DNA from: Gemmatimonadota bacterium
GTDB lineage: Bacteria; Gemmatimonadota; Gemmatimonadetes; Gemmatimonadales; Gemmatimonadaceae
Assembly: GCA_040389905.1 (NCBI GenBank)
Contig: JAZJZK010000005.1
Location: forward strand, 128,001-192,000
Direction of reading: 5' to 3'
Length of the DNA: 64,000 nt
This document shows positions 9,901 to 19,504 of this stretch, piece after piece. The position numbers and the translations under genes are program-made. The first letter of the stretch is position 1, and each line of letters starts with the position of its first letter. Below the pieces are notes generated by a model. That model was given only the letters and a program-made list of their open reading frames with translations, searched no databases and had not been told where the DNA came from.

Positions 9901-10644
9901 GAAACCGACATCGTGGTCATGACGCCGGACGATGTGCGCCGGCATCAACTCGATCCCATGACGACCGCGCAAGCCACGAGGGTCGGTGAGTACGTCGTGA
10001 TTCGCGTCACGGATACCGGGATCGGGATGGAATCGTCCATCATGGAGCATGTCTTCGAGCCGTTCTTCACGACGAAGTCGGAAGGGCATGGCACCGGTCT
10101 CGGGTTGGCGACCGTTCACGGAATCGTGGCGCAGGCCGGTGGACACGTGCGAGTGCGGAGCGTGGCCTCGGAGGGCACGACATTCGAAGTGTTTCTGCCG
10201 CGTTTGCGGAACGACGATTCGGGGGAGCACCCGCGGGCGGTGCAGCCCGAACAGAGGAAGGCCTCCGGCACCGTTCTGCTCGTCGAGGACGAAGTGACCG
10301 TCCGCCGCTCCGTCCGCCGGATGCTGGAACGTGCCGGCTACACTGTCGTCGAGGCGAGACACGGTGCCGATGCCTTGCTCGTCTGGCGCGAGCACGAGGG
10401 CAAGATCGATCTGGTGCTCACCGATCTCCGCATGCCCGAGCTGGGCGGACGCGAGCTCATTGCCATGCTTCGCGCGATCCGGCCAGACCTTCCCGCGATC
10501 GCGATGTCTGGCTATCCGCCGGAGATGGGGATCGGACCGGTCGAGAACTGGGGCGAGGACCAGCGGCTGCACTTCCTCGCGAAGCCCTTCACGACCGACG
10601 CGTTGCTGTCTGCCGTGGACCGGATGCTTGCCGTCGACGCGTAG
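6919..10644 (+). CDS. Hybrid multi-sensor histidine kinase (GAF-GAF-PAS-GAF-PAS-HisKA-HATPase-REC, CckA-like core)
   Basis: [35 protein letters not shown]; receiver LLVEDE...LTDLRMP...KP. Confidence 0.93.
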   Translation: [1241 protein letters not shown]

Positions 10645-10662
10645 GCCGCGCGAACCCTCGCT

Positions 10663-10911
10663 CTACAGTCCGGGCCCTGGGTCGCGGACCAGGACGTCGC
10701 GGTAGTCGACCTTTGCTATGGCGATCAACCTCCGAAGCCGATCCAACGATCCGCCGCACGACTGCAATAACACACGCCGGACACGTCGAATTTCACGCTC
10801 GTATGACTGCTCGCCATATGTCTCCAGCAGCGCGCGCGCTTCGGCATGATCGGCGGGCGGAAGCGTTTGTGCCAGATACTCCGACAGCTGATCCTCGGAC
10901 CACTCCGTCAT
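10663..10911 (-). CDS. Small hypothetical protein (DYRDVL motif)
   Basis: Fills the gap between convergent genes; protein-like composition from MTEWSEDQL. Confidence 0.6.
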   Translation of the reverse strand: MTEWSEDQLSEYLAQTLPPADHAEARALLETYGEQSYEREIRRVRRVLLQSCGGSLDRLRRLIAIAKVDYRDVLVRDPGPGL

Positions 10912-10934
10912 GTCACCGTTGGACGTCGAATGTC

Positions 10935-12188
10935 TTACGCGATCGCGCGACGATCGGCCATCGCATCGAGCGCCATCGCCGCGCACTCGACGACGATCGT
11001 CGAGACCGCGAAACGCTGAGCGCCGAAGCCTTCACCCGTCATGGGATTGAAGTATTCGCGAAATCCTGACTGGCGGACAAGTGCTGTCGTGCGATCCACG
11101 AGGTGGTCCGCGTCGGCATCGCGTCCAAGGCGCATGAGCCCTTTCATAATGAACCACGTGGTGAACAACCACGTTGGACCGCGCCAGTAGCGTTCCATCC
11201 ACAGGTACCGGTCCTCGCCAGCGACGAAACTCCACTCCGCCGCTGAGGTACTGGGAATCGGAAAGGGAAGCCAGTACCGCTCCGGATTGATCAGGTGCTC
11301 GTTGACGACTCGCTGGCAGATCTCGACCGGAAGGTGCGCCAGTGCGAGCGGGGCGAGGCCAGCCCACGTGCTCACGTCGAGTTGCTCGCCGTCTGGTCCC
11401 TCCGCGAAGAAGAACCCCTTCTTCGGGTCGTATAGGCGCCTGACCAGGGCATCGGTCAGCTCCTTGGCACGCCGCGCCGCCTCAGGCTCACCAAGCCGCG
11501 CAAGCCCTTCCCACCCGAGAATCCACGCGCTGTTCACGAGGACGTCCGTCGCGTGAAATCCGCCGTCGGCGACCACGCGCCGATACTCGTAGGCGCGACT
11601 CCGGTTGAAGTGTTGAAGCGCGAGAAACCCCGGTTTCGGATGGCTGCGCCAGCCGAGCGGAACATCGTACGCGGGGGTTGCGTCGAGGCCCGTCTCGTCG
11701 GGCTGCAAAATCCCAATCAGGCCATCAGCGTCGGCACGCGTGCGCTCGAGGTAGGCATGGAAATGCGACAGCACTTCCCGGCCCTCGTCGGCAAAGCGCC
11801 CATCGCCCGCGCGCGAGGCCACCTCGGCCCAGATCCAGGCGAGTAGCGGCGGCTGAATTGTCGCCGTTTGAAAGGCGCCGCGGTCGATCATGTTGTACGT
11901 GAACGCGCGCGAGAGCCGACAGGGGCCATGCCAGAACGTCGTATGGCCGATCATTCCGGATGGTTGCTGCGCCGCCGCCAACGAGCGCAATTCGCGCATA
12001 GCGCGGTTGGGGTCGAACCGGCTCCAGACGAGCGCGTGGAAGCAGGAGTCCCAGAAAAACTGGTCCGGATACTTCTGGTCGTTCGGACACGTATACCCGA
12101 ACTCGACGCCGCAGTCGTTGCGCCCCTCGCGCCAGTTCACCTCGAGCAGATGCCTGGCGTCGGCGAAGATATCGGAGTATTCGCGCAC
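10935..12188 (-). CDS. (alpha/alpha)6 glycoside hydrolase, GH63/MGH1-like (mannosylglycerate hydrolase/trehalase-like)
   Basis: YPDQFFWDSCFH, QPP, ETGLD, YWRGPTW and FREYFNP motifs. Confidence 0.8.
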   Translation of the reverse strand: MREYSDIFADARHLLEVNWREGRNDCGVEFGYTCPNDQKYPDQFFWDSCFHALVWSRFDPNRAMRELRSLAAAQQPSGMIGHTTFWHGPCRLSRAFTYNMIDRGAFQTATIQPPLLAWIWAEVASRAGDGRFADEGREVLSHFHAYLERTRADADGLIGILQPDETGLDATPAYDVPLGWRSHPKPGFLALQHFNRSRAYEYRRVVADGGFHATDVLVNSAWILGWEGLARLGEPEAARRAKELTDALVRRLYDPKKGFFFAEGPDGEQLDVSTWAGLAPLALAHLPVEICQRVVNEHLINPERYWLPFPIPSTSAAEWSFVAGEDRYLWMERYWRGPTWLFTTWFIMKGLMRLGRDADADHLVDRTTALVRQSGFREYFNPMTGEGFGAQRFAVSTIVVECAAMALDAMADRRAIA

Positions 12189-12346
12189 GGCCTGAGTGTG
12201 TACGGTTGCGCTCGCCTGAGTTAGCGGGCGACGGTCCTTTCAGGCGCAGAGTGCATGGAGCGGGCCGATTTACGACGCGTCAAGTTTTCTTTGTGGTCCT
12301 GAGCGGCAACGACATCGAACCGCGCGCCGGCGGCCAAAAACATACC

Positions 12347-12376
12347 TTGACACGTATATACCCGTGGCAGTATATT
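12347..12376 (+). promoter_or_regulatory. Sigma70-like promoter with an overlapping ArsR operator palindrome
   Basis: TTGACA (12347) - 18 bp - TATATT (12371); inverted repeat ATATAC-N8-GTATAT at 12356-12375; ATG 6 nt after the -10. Confidence 0.7.
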
Positions 12377-12382
12377 CGGTCC

Positions 12383-12727
12383 ATGCAATCTGTCTTCGAG
12401 ATCATCGTGGAGCCAAACCGCCGAGCGATCCTGCGTCTTCTCGCCACCGCAGAGCAGTCGGTTGGCGAGATCGAGCGCCAGCTTCGCATGCCGCAGCCGA
12501 CTGTGTCAAAGCACCTGCGCGTCTTGCGAGAGGCTGGCTTTGTCGAGTCGACCGTGGACGCGCAACGTCGTCTGTACCGACTGAAAGCCGAGTCACTCCA
12601 GGAGGTCGATGACTGGCTGGCGCCCTTCCGCCGATTTTGGTCCGACCATGTAGACGCTCTCGAACGGCACCTCGACCGCATCGATCCACCACAGCCACCG
12701 AAAAAAAAGACACGGAGAACAAAATGA
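12383..12727 (+). CDS. ArsR/SmtB family transcriptional regulator
   Basis: EPNRRAIL...QPTVSKHLRVLREAG HTH; ATGA overlap with the next gene. Confidence 0.92.
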   Translation: MQSVFEIIVEPNRRAILRLLATAEQSVGEIERQLRMPQPTVSKHLRVLREAGFVESTVDAQRRLYRLKAESLQEVDDWLAPFRRFWSDHVDALERHLDRIDPPQPPKKKTRRTK

Positions 12728-13293
12728 CCGAACGCGAGCTGTACGAACCCGGGCCGGCGAGTGGGGCGCAGGTGCTCAAGGAGGGAGAGAAGTGGACGCT
12801 CATGCTCGTCAGGGAGCTGCGTCACTCGCCGGACAAGGTCTGGCAGGCGCTCACTGATCCGGCGCAGCTGCGCGAGTGGGCGCCCTTCGACGCCGACGAG
12901 CGCCTTGATCAGAGCGGAAAGAAGGTGAAGCTCACCACGGTGGGCGCGCCGACGCCGCTCGTTTCCGAAATTACGATCAAGCGCGCCGATGCTCCGAATA
13001 CGCTCGAATACAACTGGGGCGGCCAGGATCTCCGCTGGCAACTCGAAGCCGCTGGTGCAGGAACGCGCCTGACGCTGTGGCACAACATCAATCGCAATTT
13101 CATCTCGATGGGTGCGGCGGGTTGGCATATCTGCTTCGACGTCCTCGATCGGCACCTGGCAGGGCACCCCATCGGACGCATGGTCGGCACTGATGCCCTC
13201 GGGTTCGGTGGCTGGCAGCGATTGAACGCCGAATACGCACAGCAGTTCGGTGTCGAGCTACCCAAATGGCCGTCTCAAGCGGCCCCACAGTAA
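12724..13293 (+). CDS. SRPBCC/AHSA1-like protein
   Basis: VWQALTDPAQLREW, GTRLTL, AGWHIC motifs; usual ArsR partner. Confidence 0.88.
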   Translation: MTERELYEPGPASGAQVLKEGEKWTLMLVRELRHSPDKVWQALTDPAQLREWAPFDADERLDQSGKKVKLTTVGAPTPLVSEITIKRADAPNTLEYNWGGQDLRWQLEAAGAGTRLTLWHNINRNFISMGAAGWHICFDVLDRHLAGHPIGRMVGTDALGFGGWQRLNAEYAQQFGVELPKWPSQAAPQ

Positions 13294-13311
13294 ACAGACC
13301 GAGGAAATCAC

Positions 13312-13554
13312 ATGACCTGGAACAACGGACTCCGGCAATTCCACCGCTGGACATCGATCGTCTTCACGCTGACGGTCATCGCGAACTTCGTGGCCCTGTC
13401 GCAGGGGACGCCCCCGGCCTGGGTGACCTATTCACCCCTGTTCCCACTGGCCCTGCTCACGTTTACCGGACTGTATCTGTTCGCGCTGCCGTATGTCGCC
13501 AAATGGCGTAACAAGCGAGCTGCGTCTGTCTCCCAGCCGAGGGTCAGCACATGA
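13312..13554 (+). CDS. Small two-TM membrane protein (PepSY-TM-like HRW motif)
   Basis: SD GAGG; RQFHRWTS; two hydrophobic helices; ATGA overlap. Confidence 0.8.
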   Translation: MTWNNGLRQFHRWTSIVFTLTVIANFVALSQGTPPAWVTYSPLFPLALLTFTGLYLFALPYVAKWRNKRAASVSQPRVST

Positions 13555-13979
13555 AAAAGGTCGCCGAAGAACAGTCGGCGTCGGATCTCATCTCACAGCG
13601 AATCGCCGACCTCGGGGACTGGCGCGGGAAAACCCTCGACCGGATGCGCACGCTCATCCGAAAAGCGGACCCGGATGTCGTCGAGGAGTGGAAGTGGGTC
13701 AAGGCGACGAAACCCGGCACACCGGTGTGGTCGCACGACGGCATCATCTGCACGGGCGAATCCTACAAGTCCGTTGTGAAGCTGACCTTCGCGAAAGGTG
13801 CGGCACTCGAGGATCCGGCCCAGCTCTTCAATTCGAGCCTCGAGGGAAACGTGCGCCGCGCGATCGACATTCACGAAGGCGAGAAAATCGACGAGACGGC
13901 CTTCAGGGCGCTGATTCAGCGAGCCGTTGCCCTCAACAGCGCTCGCAAGGCAAAACCCGCGAAAAAGCGCACGTCATAG
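13551..13979 (+). CDS. DUF1801 (YdhG-like) protein
   Basis: DWRG, EEWKW, PVWSHDG, LTFAKGAAL, RRAID motifs. Confidence 0.88.
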   Translation: MKKVAEEQSASDLISQRIADLGDWRGKTLDRMRTLIRKADPDVVEEWKWVKATKPGTPVWSHDGIICTGESYKSVVKLTFAKGAALEDPAQLFNSSLEGNVRRAIDIHEGEKIDETAFRALIQRAVALNSARKAKPAKKRTS

Positions 13980-14031
13980 ACGTGGAGTCGTGCAGCCCCA
14001 CACTCCCATTTCTCCCATTAAATTGCTCGAC

Positions 14032-16779
14032 ATGAGCAATTTTCCCCCGACCACCACGGTTTTCAACGACGGCTACATCGCCGAAGCATACGAGGCGTAC
14101 CGGCGCGATCCGACGTCGGTGGACGAGTCTTGGCGCCAGTTTTTCCGCACGGCCGAGGCGCTGGGTGGTGGCGGACCGGCTCGTAGCGACGATCGCCTTC
14201 TCCGGAAGGCGGCGGGGGCAGCCGAGCTCGTCGATGCCATTCGCGAATACGGTCATCTCGCCGTACAGCTCGACCCGCTCGGCACGCCGCCGCCTGGGGC
14301 GCGCGAGCTGGATCCCCGCGCGCATGGAATCACCGAAGACGAACTCGCGGATGTTCCGGCCACGGCGCTCGGATATGACGATGGGTCTGCGGCGGATGTC
14401 GTCCAACGCCTGCGAGAAGTGTACTGCGGCGCCATCGCCTTCGAATACACCCACCTCGGTAGCGAGGACGAGCGCGCTTGGTTCCGTGATGCCGTCGAAG
14501 AAGGCACGCTGACCCGGCCACTCACCGCAGATGAGAAGGTGGCCGTGCTGCGCCGTCTCACTGAGGTGGACGGCCTCGAGCGCTTTCTCGGTCGCGCGTA
14601 CCTCGGCTTCAAGCGCTTTTCCATCGAGGGCACGGACGTCATGGTCCCCATGCTCGACGAGGTCATCGCACTGAGCGCCAGGAACGGCGCCCGTCAGGTC
14701 GTGCTCGGAATGGCCCATCGTGGACGTATCAATGTGCTCGTCCACACGATGGGCATGTCGTACGTCGAAATGTTCGGCGAATTCGAAGGTCGCCAGGGCG
14801 ACGCAAGCGCTTACAGCTCGACGGGCGACGTGAAATACCACCTCGGATTCAGCGGTACCCGCGTCGTCGGTGACAAGCACGTTGAACTGGAACTGGTGCC
14901 CAATCCGAGTCACCTCGAAGTCGTGAACCCGGTGATGTCGGGTATCACGCGCGCCAACCAGCGCGCCGACGGCACGGCCCAGCGCAACGAACGGAGCGTC
15001 CTGCCCATCTGCATTCACGGTGACGCGGCGTTTCCCGGTGAGGGCGTCGTTCCGGAGACGTTCAATCTCTCGCGCCTCAAGGGCTATCGCGTCGGCGGCA
15101 CGCTGCATCTCATCGTCAACAACCAGGTGGGCTTCACCACCGACCCGATCGACGCACGCTCCACGCGGTACGCATCGGATATCGCAAAGGGCTTCGAGGT
15201 CCCGGTGATGCACGTCAATGCGGACGACGCGGAGGCGTGTCTCGTGGCCGTCCGTCTCGCCGTGGCGTATCGCGACCAGTTCAAGAAGGATGTGCTCATC
15301 GATCTCGTAGGCTATCGGCGTCACGGGCACAACGAGACCGACGAACCCGCATACACGCAGCCGAAGCTCTACGAGCTCGTCAAGGCGCATCCCACGCCGC
15401 GGCAAGTGTGGGGCGCTCGCCTCGTGCGAGAGCGCGTCGTCACGGATGATGACGTCAAGACGCTCGACGCAGAGTTCCTGGACAAGCTCACCTCCATTCA
15501 CAAGGAGATGAAGAACTCGGCGCCTGCACCTGACGCCGAAGCCAAAGCGGCAAAGACGAGAAAGGAATACGGCACCGCCGCGGAACCGACGACGCGCGTG
15601 TCTGCAGAGAAGCTCGAAGCGCTGAATACTCGACTCCTCAGCTGGCCTGCCGACTTCAAGATGAACAAGAAGCTCGGTGCCATCATCGAGCGGCGGAGAG
15701 AAGCGCTGCACACGGGAATCGACTGGGGCCACGCCGAGGCGCTCGCGTTCGGATCGCTGCTGGTCGATGGCATCGGTGTTCGTCTCAGTGGACAGGATGC
15801 TGAGCGCGGGACGTTCGCGCATCGCAACGCGGTGCTGCACGACGTCGAGAGTGGCGCGACGTTCACGCCACTCGCGAACGTTCCGAATGCCACGGCACCC
15901 TTCGAGGTCTACAACAGCTGTCTCTCGGAGACGGCGGTGATGGGCTTCGAGTACGGCTTCAGCGTCGCATCGTCGAAAGACCTCGTGATGTGGGAAGCAC
16001 AGTACGGTGACTTCGTGAACGTCGCTCAGCCCATCATCGACCAGTTCATCTCGTCGGAGCGTGCAAAGTGGGGGCAGACGAGTGGACTCGTCCTGCTGCT
16101 CCCGCACGGTTACGAGGGCGGCGGTCCTGAACACTCCAGCGCACGTCTCGAACGCTTCCTCCAGCTATGCGCCGAGAACAACATGTGCGTCGCGTACCCG
16201 AGCACGCCCGCGCAGTACTTCCACATTCTTCGTCGTCAGGCACTGCGCACCGAGCGGCTGCCGCTCATTCTCATGCAGCCGAAGAGTCTCCTGCGCATGC
16301 CGGCGGCCGCGGTCAAGCTCGAGGCACTGTCGGAAGGATCGTTTCAGGCAGTGATCGACGACGCATCGATCGGCGCACGCGCCGACGAAGTGCGGCGTCT
16401 CGTGCTCTGTACGGCGAAGATGTACTACGACCTGCTCGCCGCCAAAGGCGACAACGCCGAGATCGCGCTCGTACGCGTCGACGAGCTGTATCCGTGGCCC
16501 GGTGAAGCCATTGCAGCGGTGGTCGACCGCTATCCGAACCTCGACGACGTCGTGTGGGCGCAGGAAGAGCCGAAGAACATGGGCGCGTGGAGCTACGCGG
16601 CGCCCCAACTGCGCGTGGCCACCGGTAATATGCTGACCATCCGCTACATCGGCCGACCGGAACGCGCGAGCCCTGCCGAGGGTTACTCCAAGGCACACGA
16701 AATCGAACAGAAGCGCATCGTCACGGATGTCCTGACGCTTGCCGCTTCCCCCGCCAAGAGAAAAACGAGCAAAGTGTAA
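14032..16779 (+). CDS. sucA: 2-oxoglutarate dehydrogenase E1 component
   Basis: KRFSIEG, GMAHRGR, GDVKYH, HGDAAF, GHNETDEP, WEAQYGDF, GPEHSSARLERFLQL. Confidence 0.96.
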   Translation: MSNFPPTTTVFNDGYIAEAYEAYRRDPTSVDESWRQFFRTAEALGGGGPARSDDRLLRKAAGAAELVDAIREYGHLAVQLDPLGTPPPGARELDPRAHGITEDELADVPATALGYDDGSAADVVQRLREVYCGAIAFEYTHLGSEDERAWFRDAVEEGTLTRPLTADEKVAVLRRLTEVDGLERFLGRAYLGFKRFSIEGTDVMVPMLDEVIALSARNGARQVVLGMAHRGRINVLVHTMGMSYVEMFGEFEGRQGDASAYSSTGDVKYHLGFSGTRVVGDKHVELELVPNPSHLEVVNPVMSGITRANQRADGTAQRNERSVLPICIHGDAAFPGEGVVPETFNLSRLKGYRVGGTLHLIVNNQVGFTTDPIDARSTRYASDIAKGFEVPVMHVNADDAEACLVAVRLAVAYRDQFKKDVLIDLVGYRRHGHNETDEPAYTQPKLYELVKAHPTPRQVWGARLVRERVVTDDDVKTLDAEFLDKLTSIHKEMKNSAPAPDAEAKAAKTRKEYGTAAEPTTRVSAEKLEALNTRLLSWPADFKMNKKLGAIIERRREALHTGIDWGHAEALAFGSLLVDGIGVRLSGQDAERGTFAHRNAVLHDVESGATFTPLANVPNATAPFEVYNSCLSETAVMGFEYGFSVASSKDLVMWEAQYGDFVNVAQPIIDQFISSERAKWGQTSGLVLLLPHGYEGGGPEHSSARLERFLQLCAENNMCVAYPSTPAQYFHILRRQALRTERLPLILMQPKSLLRMPAAAVKLEALSEGSFQAVIDDASIGARADEVRRLVLCTAKMYYDLLAAKGDNAEIALVRVDELYPWPGEAIAAVVDRYPNLDDVVWAQEEPKNMGAWSYAAPQLRVATGNMLTIRYIGRPERASPAEGYSKAHEIEQKRIVTDVLTLAASPAKRKTSKV

Positions 16780-19445
16780 TGAGAAAGTTCCTGTGCTTCC
16801 TCGGTGAAGCCGCCGTCCGTTTCCTGATGCTGTCGCTCCTGGTCCTCATCGCGCCGCGCCTCCTACCTGCTCAGGAGCGCGGCGCGACCGCGTTAGGTGA
16901 GGCCGTTGCTGGACTCGATGTGACCCCCCGCGTCCTGATGATCGGCGCACATCCCGATGATGAGGACACGCAACTCATCACATGGCTCGCGCGAGGGCGA
17001 CAAGTCGAAACAGGTTACCTCTCGCTGACGCGTGGCGACGGCGGGCAGAATCTCATCGGCAACGAACTGGGCGTCCTGCTGGGGATGATTCGCACCGAGG
17101 AATTGCTCGCGGCGCGTCGTCTCGACGGCGGGCGCCAGTTCTTCACCCGGGCGTATGACTTCGGCTTTTCCAAGACGGCCGATGAGACGTACAAGCATTG
17201 GCAGAAGGATTCAATCCTGCGCGACGTCGTGACCGTGATTCGCGCCTTTCGGCCGCAGGTGCTCGTGGCCGTCTTTTCCGGCACGCCGCGTGACGGACAT
17301 GGACACCATCAGGTGTCGGCGATTCTTGCGCGCGAAGCCTTTGATGCCGCTGCGGACACGGTGCGTTTTCCGCCGCGCATGACGCTCGGCATTGGCCCGT
17401 GGTCGCCGTCGAAATTCTATCGTGCTTCTCGCTTCGCGCCGAACGAAGCCACCGTCACATTCAACGTCGGCGAGCTCAGTCCGTATCGTGGACAGACCTA
17501 CGCCGAGATTGCGTCGCAGAGCCGGTCGCAACACTTGTCACAGGGTTTTGGGAGTCTGCAACGGAGAGGTACATCGCTCGACTACCTGAAGCTCGAAGTA
17601 TCGCGCGTCAGTGACGCCGGCAAGAAAGAGGCGTCGCCGCTGGAGAACATTGCGAGCGACTGGACACGGTTTCGTGGTTTCAGCTTTCCGGTGACGGCGA
17701 AGGCACAGGAAGGCCGAGCTGCGTTGGATTCGATTCCCGAGGCCATTGCGGCGGTTCGTGCTGTCGAGAACCTTGCGGCGCCCGCACCGATGGTCGTGCC
17801 GCTCGCGCGCCTGAACAAATTGCTGTCGACTGCGAGAGCAACGTTACCCTGTTCGCGCGGCGGGGTTGCCGCAGGGTGCCGCGGCGTCATGGGCGACCTG
17901 GCGCTGACGCTCGAGACAACAGAGGCGCGCGCAAAGACGGCCTTGCTTGCCGCAGCGGGTGTCCTCGTGGAAGCCACGGCGCCACGCGAGCTCGTTGCGG
18001 TGCGCGACACATTGCCCATCACCATCTCCGTCTACAATCAGGGGACGTCGGATGTTGTGTTCGAAGGCGCGAGCGCATGGACGACGGACGCATTCGGTCC
18101 ACGCGCCGCGGGCACGGCGACGCTGCTCCCGCCAGACAGCACGGGACGAATCACCGTGCCGTTGATCGGCACTGCCGCTGACTGGCCGTGGTGGTTGCAG
18201 AACAAGAAAGTCGGTGACGTGTTCAAGTTGCCCCCGAGCGGATCGCCCGAAGCGGAGAATGTCGCGATCGGCGAAGACCGTGTGGCGTTTACACATTCAC
18301 GGGCGTGGCTTCGTATCGCTGGTGTGCCTATCGAAGTCGATGGTGGCCCCGTCGTGTACCGCTTCGCCGATCCGGCGAAAGGTGAACTGCGCCGGCCGGT
18401 GTCGACGGTGCCTGGTATCAGCGCACTGTTCGATTCCGAAGTCGAGTACGCGCGCGCCGGCGTTCCCTTCGAGCGCGACTGGAACGTGCGCATTCACTCG
18501 GCGAGTGCGGCGCCGCGTGGCGTGACGGTCACACTCACGGTGCCTGCTGGTCTCAAGGCGGATTCATTGGTGCGCCGTGTGGCGATGGAGCCGTTTTCCG
18601 ATGCGATTCTGACCTTTCACCTGAAGGGCACGCTCGCCGAGGGCCAACACCTCGTCAGCGCGACGATCACGAGCGGCGATGAAAAATTCGCGTCGGGCTA
18701 CGTGCCGTTGCACTACGATCACATTCGTCCCCTGCGCTTCTATCGCGCCGCGAGCATCATTGTCGAGTCGGTGAAGGCGACCTTGCCGCCGAAGACCACG
18801 ATCGCCTACATCCGCGGCGTTGGCGACAACGTCGCGACGATGCTCGGCCAGCTCGGCCTGAAGGTCACGCTCGTGACTCCAGAAGAACTTCCGAATATCG
18901 ATCTATCGAAATTCGGATCGCTGGTCGTCGGCCCACGTGCCTTCGCGGCGAGTGATGTGCTCGCAGCGCAGGCGGGAAAGATCCAGGATTTCGCGCGCGC
19001 CGGCGGAACGGTCGTTGTGCAGTACGGTCAGCAGGAAATCCAGGCTCCGGGAATTCTTCCATACCCTGTCACGCTCGCCGGCCGAGCCGAGCGCGTGACG
19101 GACGAAACGGCGCCGGTGAAAGTCCTCTCGACGGGATCGACCCTGTTGACAAAACCGAACAAGATCGCGCCGAGCGATTTCAACGATTGGGTGCAGGAGC
19201 GCTCGACGTACATGCCCACGAAGGTCGATCCGCACTACCAGCGCTTCTTCGAGATGCATGATCCGGATGAGCCGGCGAACGAGAATTCGTTGCTGGTGGC
19301 GCCGGTGGGGAAGGGCGCGTTCGTGTACGTGACCTTGGCGTTGTTCCGGCAACTACCATCGGGGGTGCCGGGACCGGCACGGATATTCTTGAATCTTCTG
19401 GCCGCTGATGGCAAGACATCGCTTTCCACGTTGCCGAAGCCGTAG
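16779..19445 (+). CDS. PIG-L/LmbE family deacetylase, long secreted form
   Basis: AHPDDE, TRGDGGQN, HGHHQ; start overlaps the sucA stop (TAATG). Confidence 0.9.
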   Translation: MRKFLCFLGEAAVRFLMLSLLVLIAPRLLPAQERGATALGEAVAGLDVTPRVLMIGAHPDDEDTQLITWLARGRQVETGYLSLTRGDGGQNLIGNELGVLLGMIRTEELLAARRLDGGRQFFTRAYDFGFSKTADETYKHWQKDSILRDVVTVIRAFRPQVLVAVFSGTPRDGHGHHQVSAILAREAFDAAADTVRFPPRMTLGIGPWSPSKFYRASRFAPNEATVTFNVGELSPYRGQTYAEIASQSRSQHLSQGFGSLQRRGTSLDYLKLEVSRVSDAGKKEASPLENIASDWTRFRGFSFPVTAKAQEGRAALDSIPEAIAAVRAVENLAAPAPMVVPLARLNKLLSTARATLPCSRGGVAAGCRGVMGDLALTLETTEARAKTALLAAAGVLVEATAPRELVAVRDTLPITISVYNQGTSDVVFEGASAWTTDAFGPRAAGTATLLPPDSTGRITVPLIGTAADWPWWLQNKKVGDVFKLPPSGSPEAENVAIGEDRVAFTHSRAWLRIAGVPIEVDGGPVVYRFADPAKGELRRPVSTVPGISALFDSEVEYARAGVPFERDWNVRIHSASAAPRGVTVTLTVPAGLKADSLVRRVAMEPFSDAILTFHLKGTLAEGQHLVSATITSGDEKFASGYVPLHYDHIRPLRFYRAASIIVESVKATLPPKTTIAYIRGVGDNVATMLGQLGLKVTLVTPEELPNIDLSKFGSLVVGPRAFAASDVLAAQAGKIQDFARAGGTVVVQYGQQEIQAPGILPYPVTLAGRAERVTDETAPVKVLSTGSTLLTKPNKIAPSDFNDWVQERSTYMPTKVDPHYQRFFEMHDPDEPANENSLLVAPVGKGAFVYVTLALFRQLPSGVPGPARIFLNLLAADGKTSLSTLPKP

Positions 19446-19466
19446 CAGTGCGGGCGCTTCGCTTCT

Positions 19467-19504
19467 AACCGCAGAGGGCGCAGAGGAGCAGAGGTCCGCA
19501 GAGG
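19467..19504 (+). repeat. Short tandem (C)GCAGAGG repeat, 4 imperfect units
   Basis: AACCGCAGAGGGCGCAGAGGAGCAGAGGTCCGCAGAGG. Confidence 0.75.

Noticed and set aside
13933..16134. 733-aa ORF antisense to sucA (similarly 9388-10572, 28127-29482, 30948-32420, 49319-50758)
   Set aside because: Shadow ORFs expected opposite well-supported genes in high-GC DNA; no domain motifs
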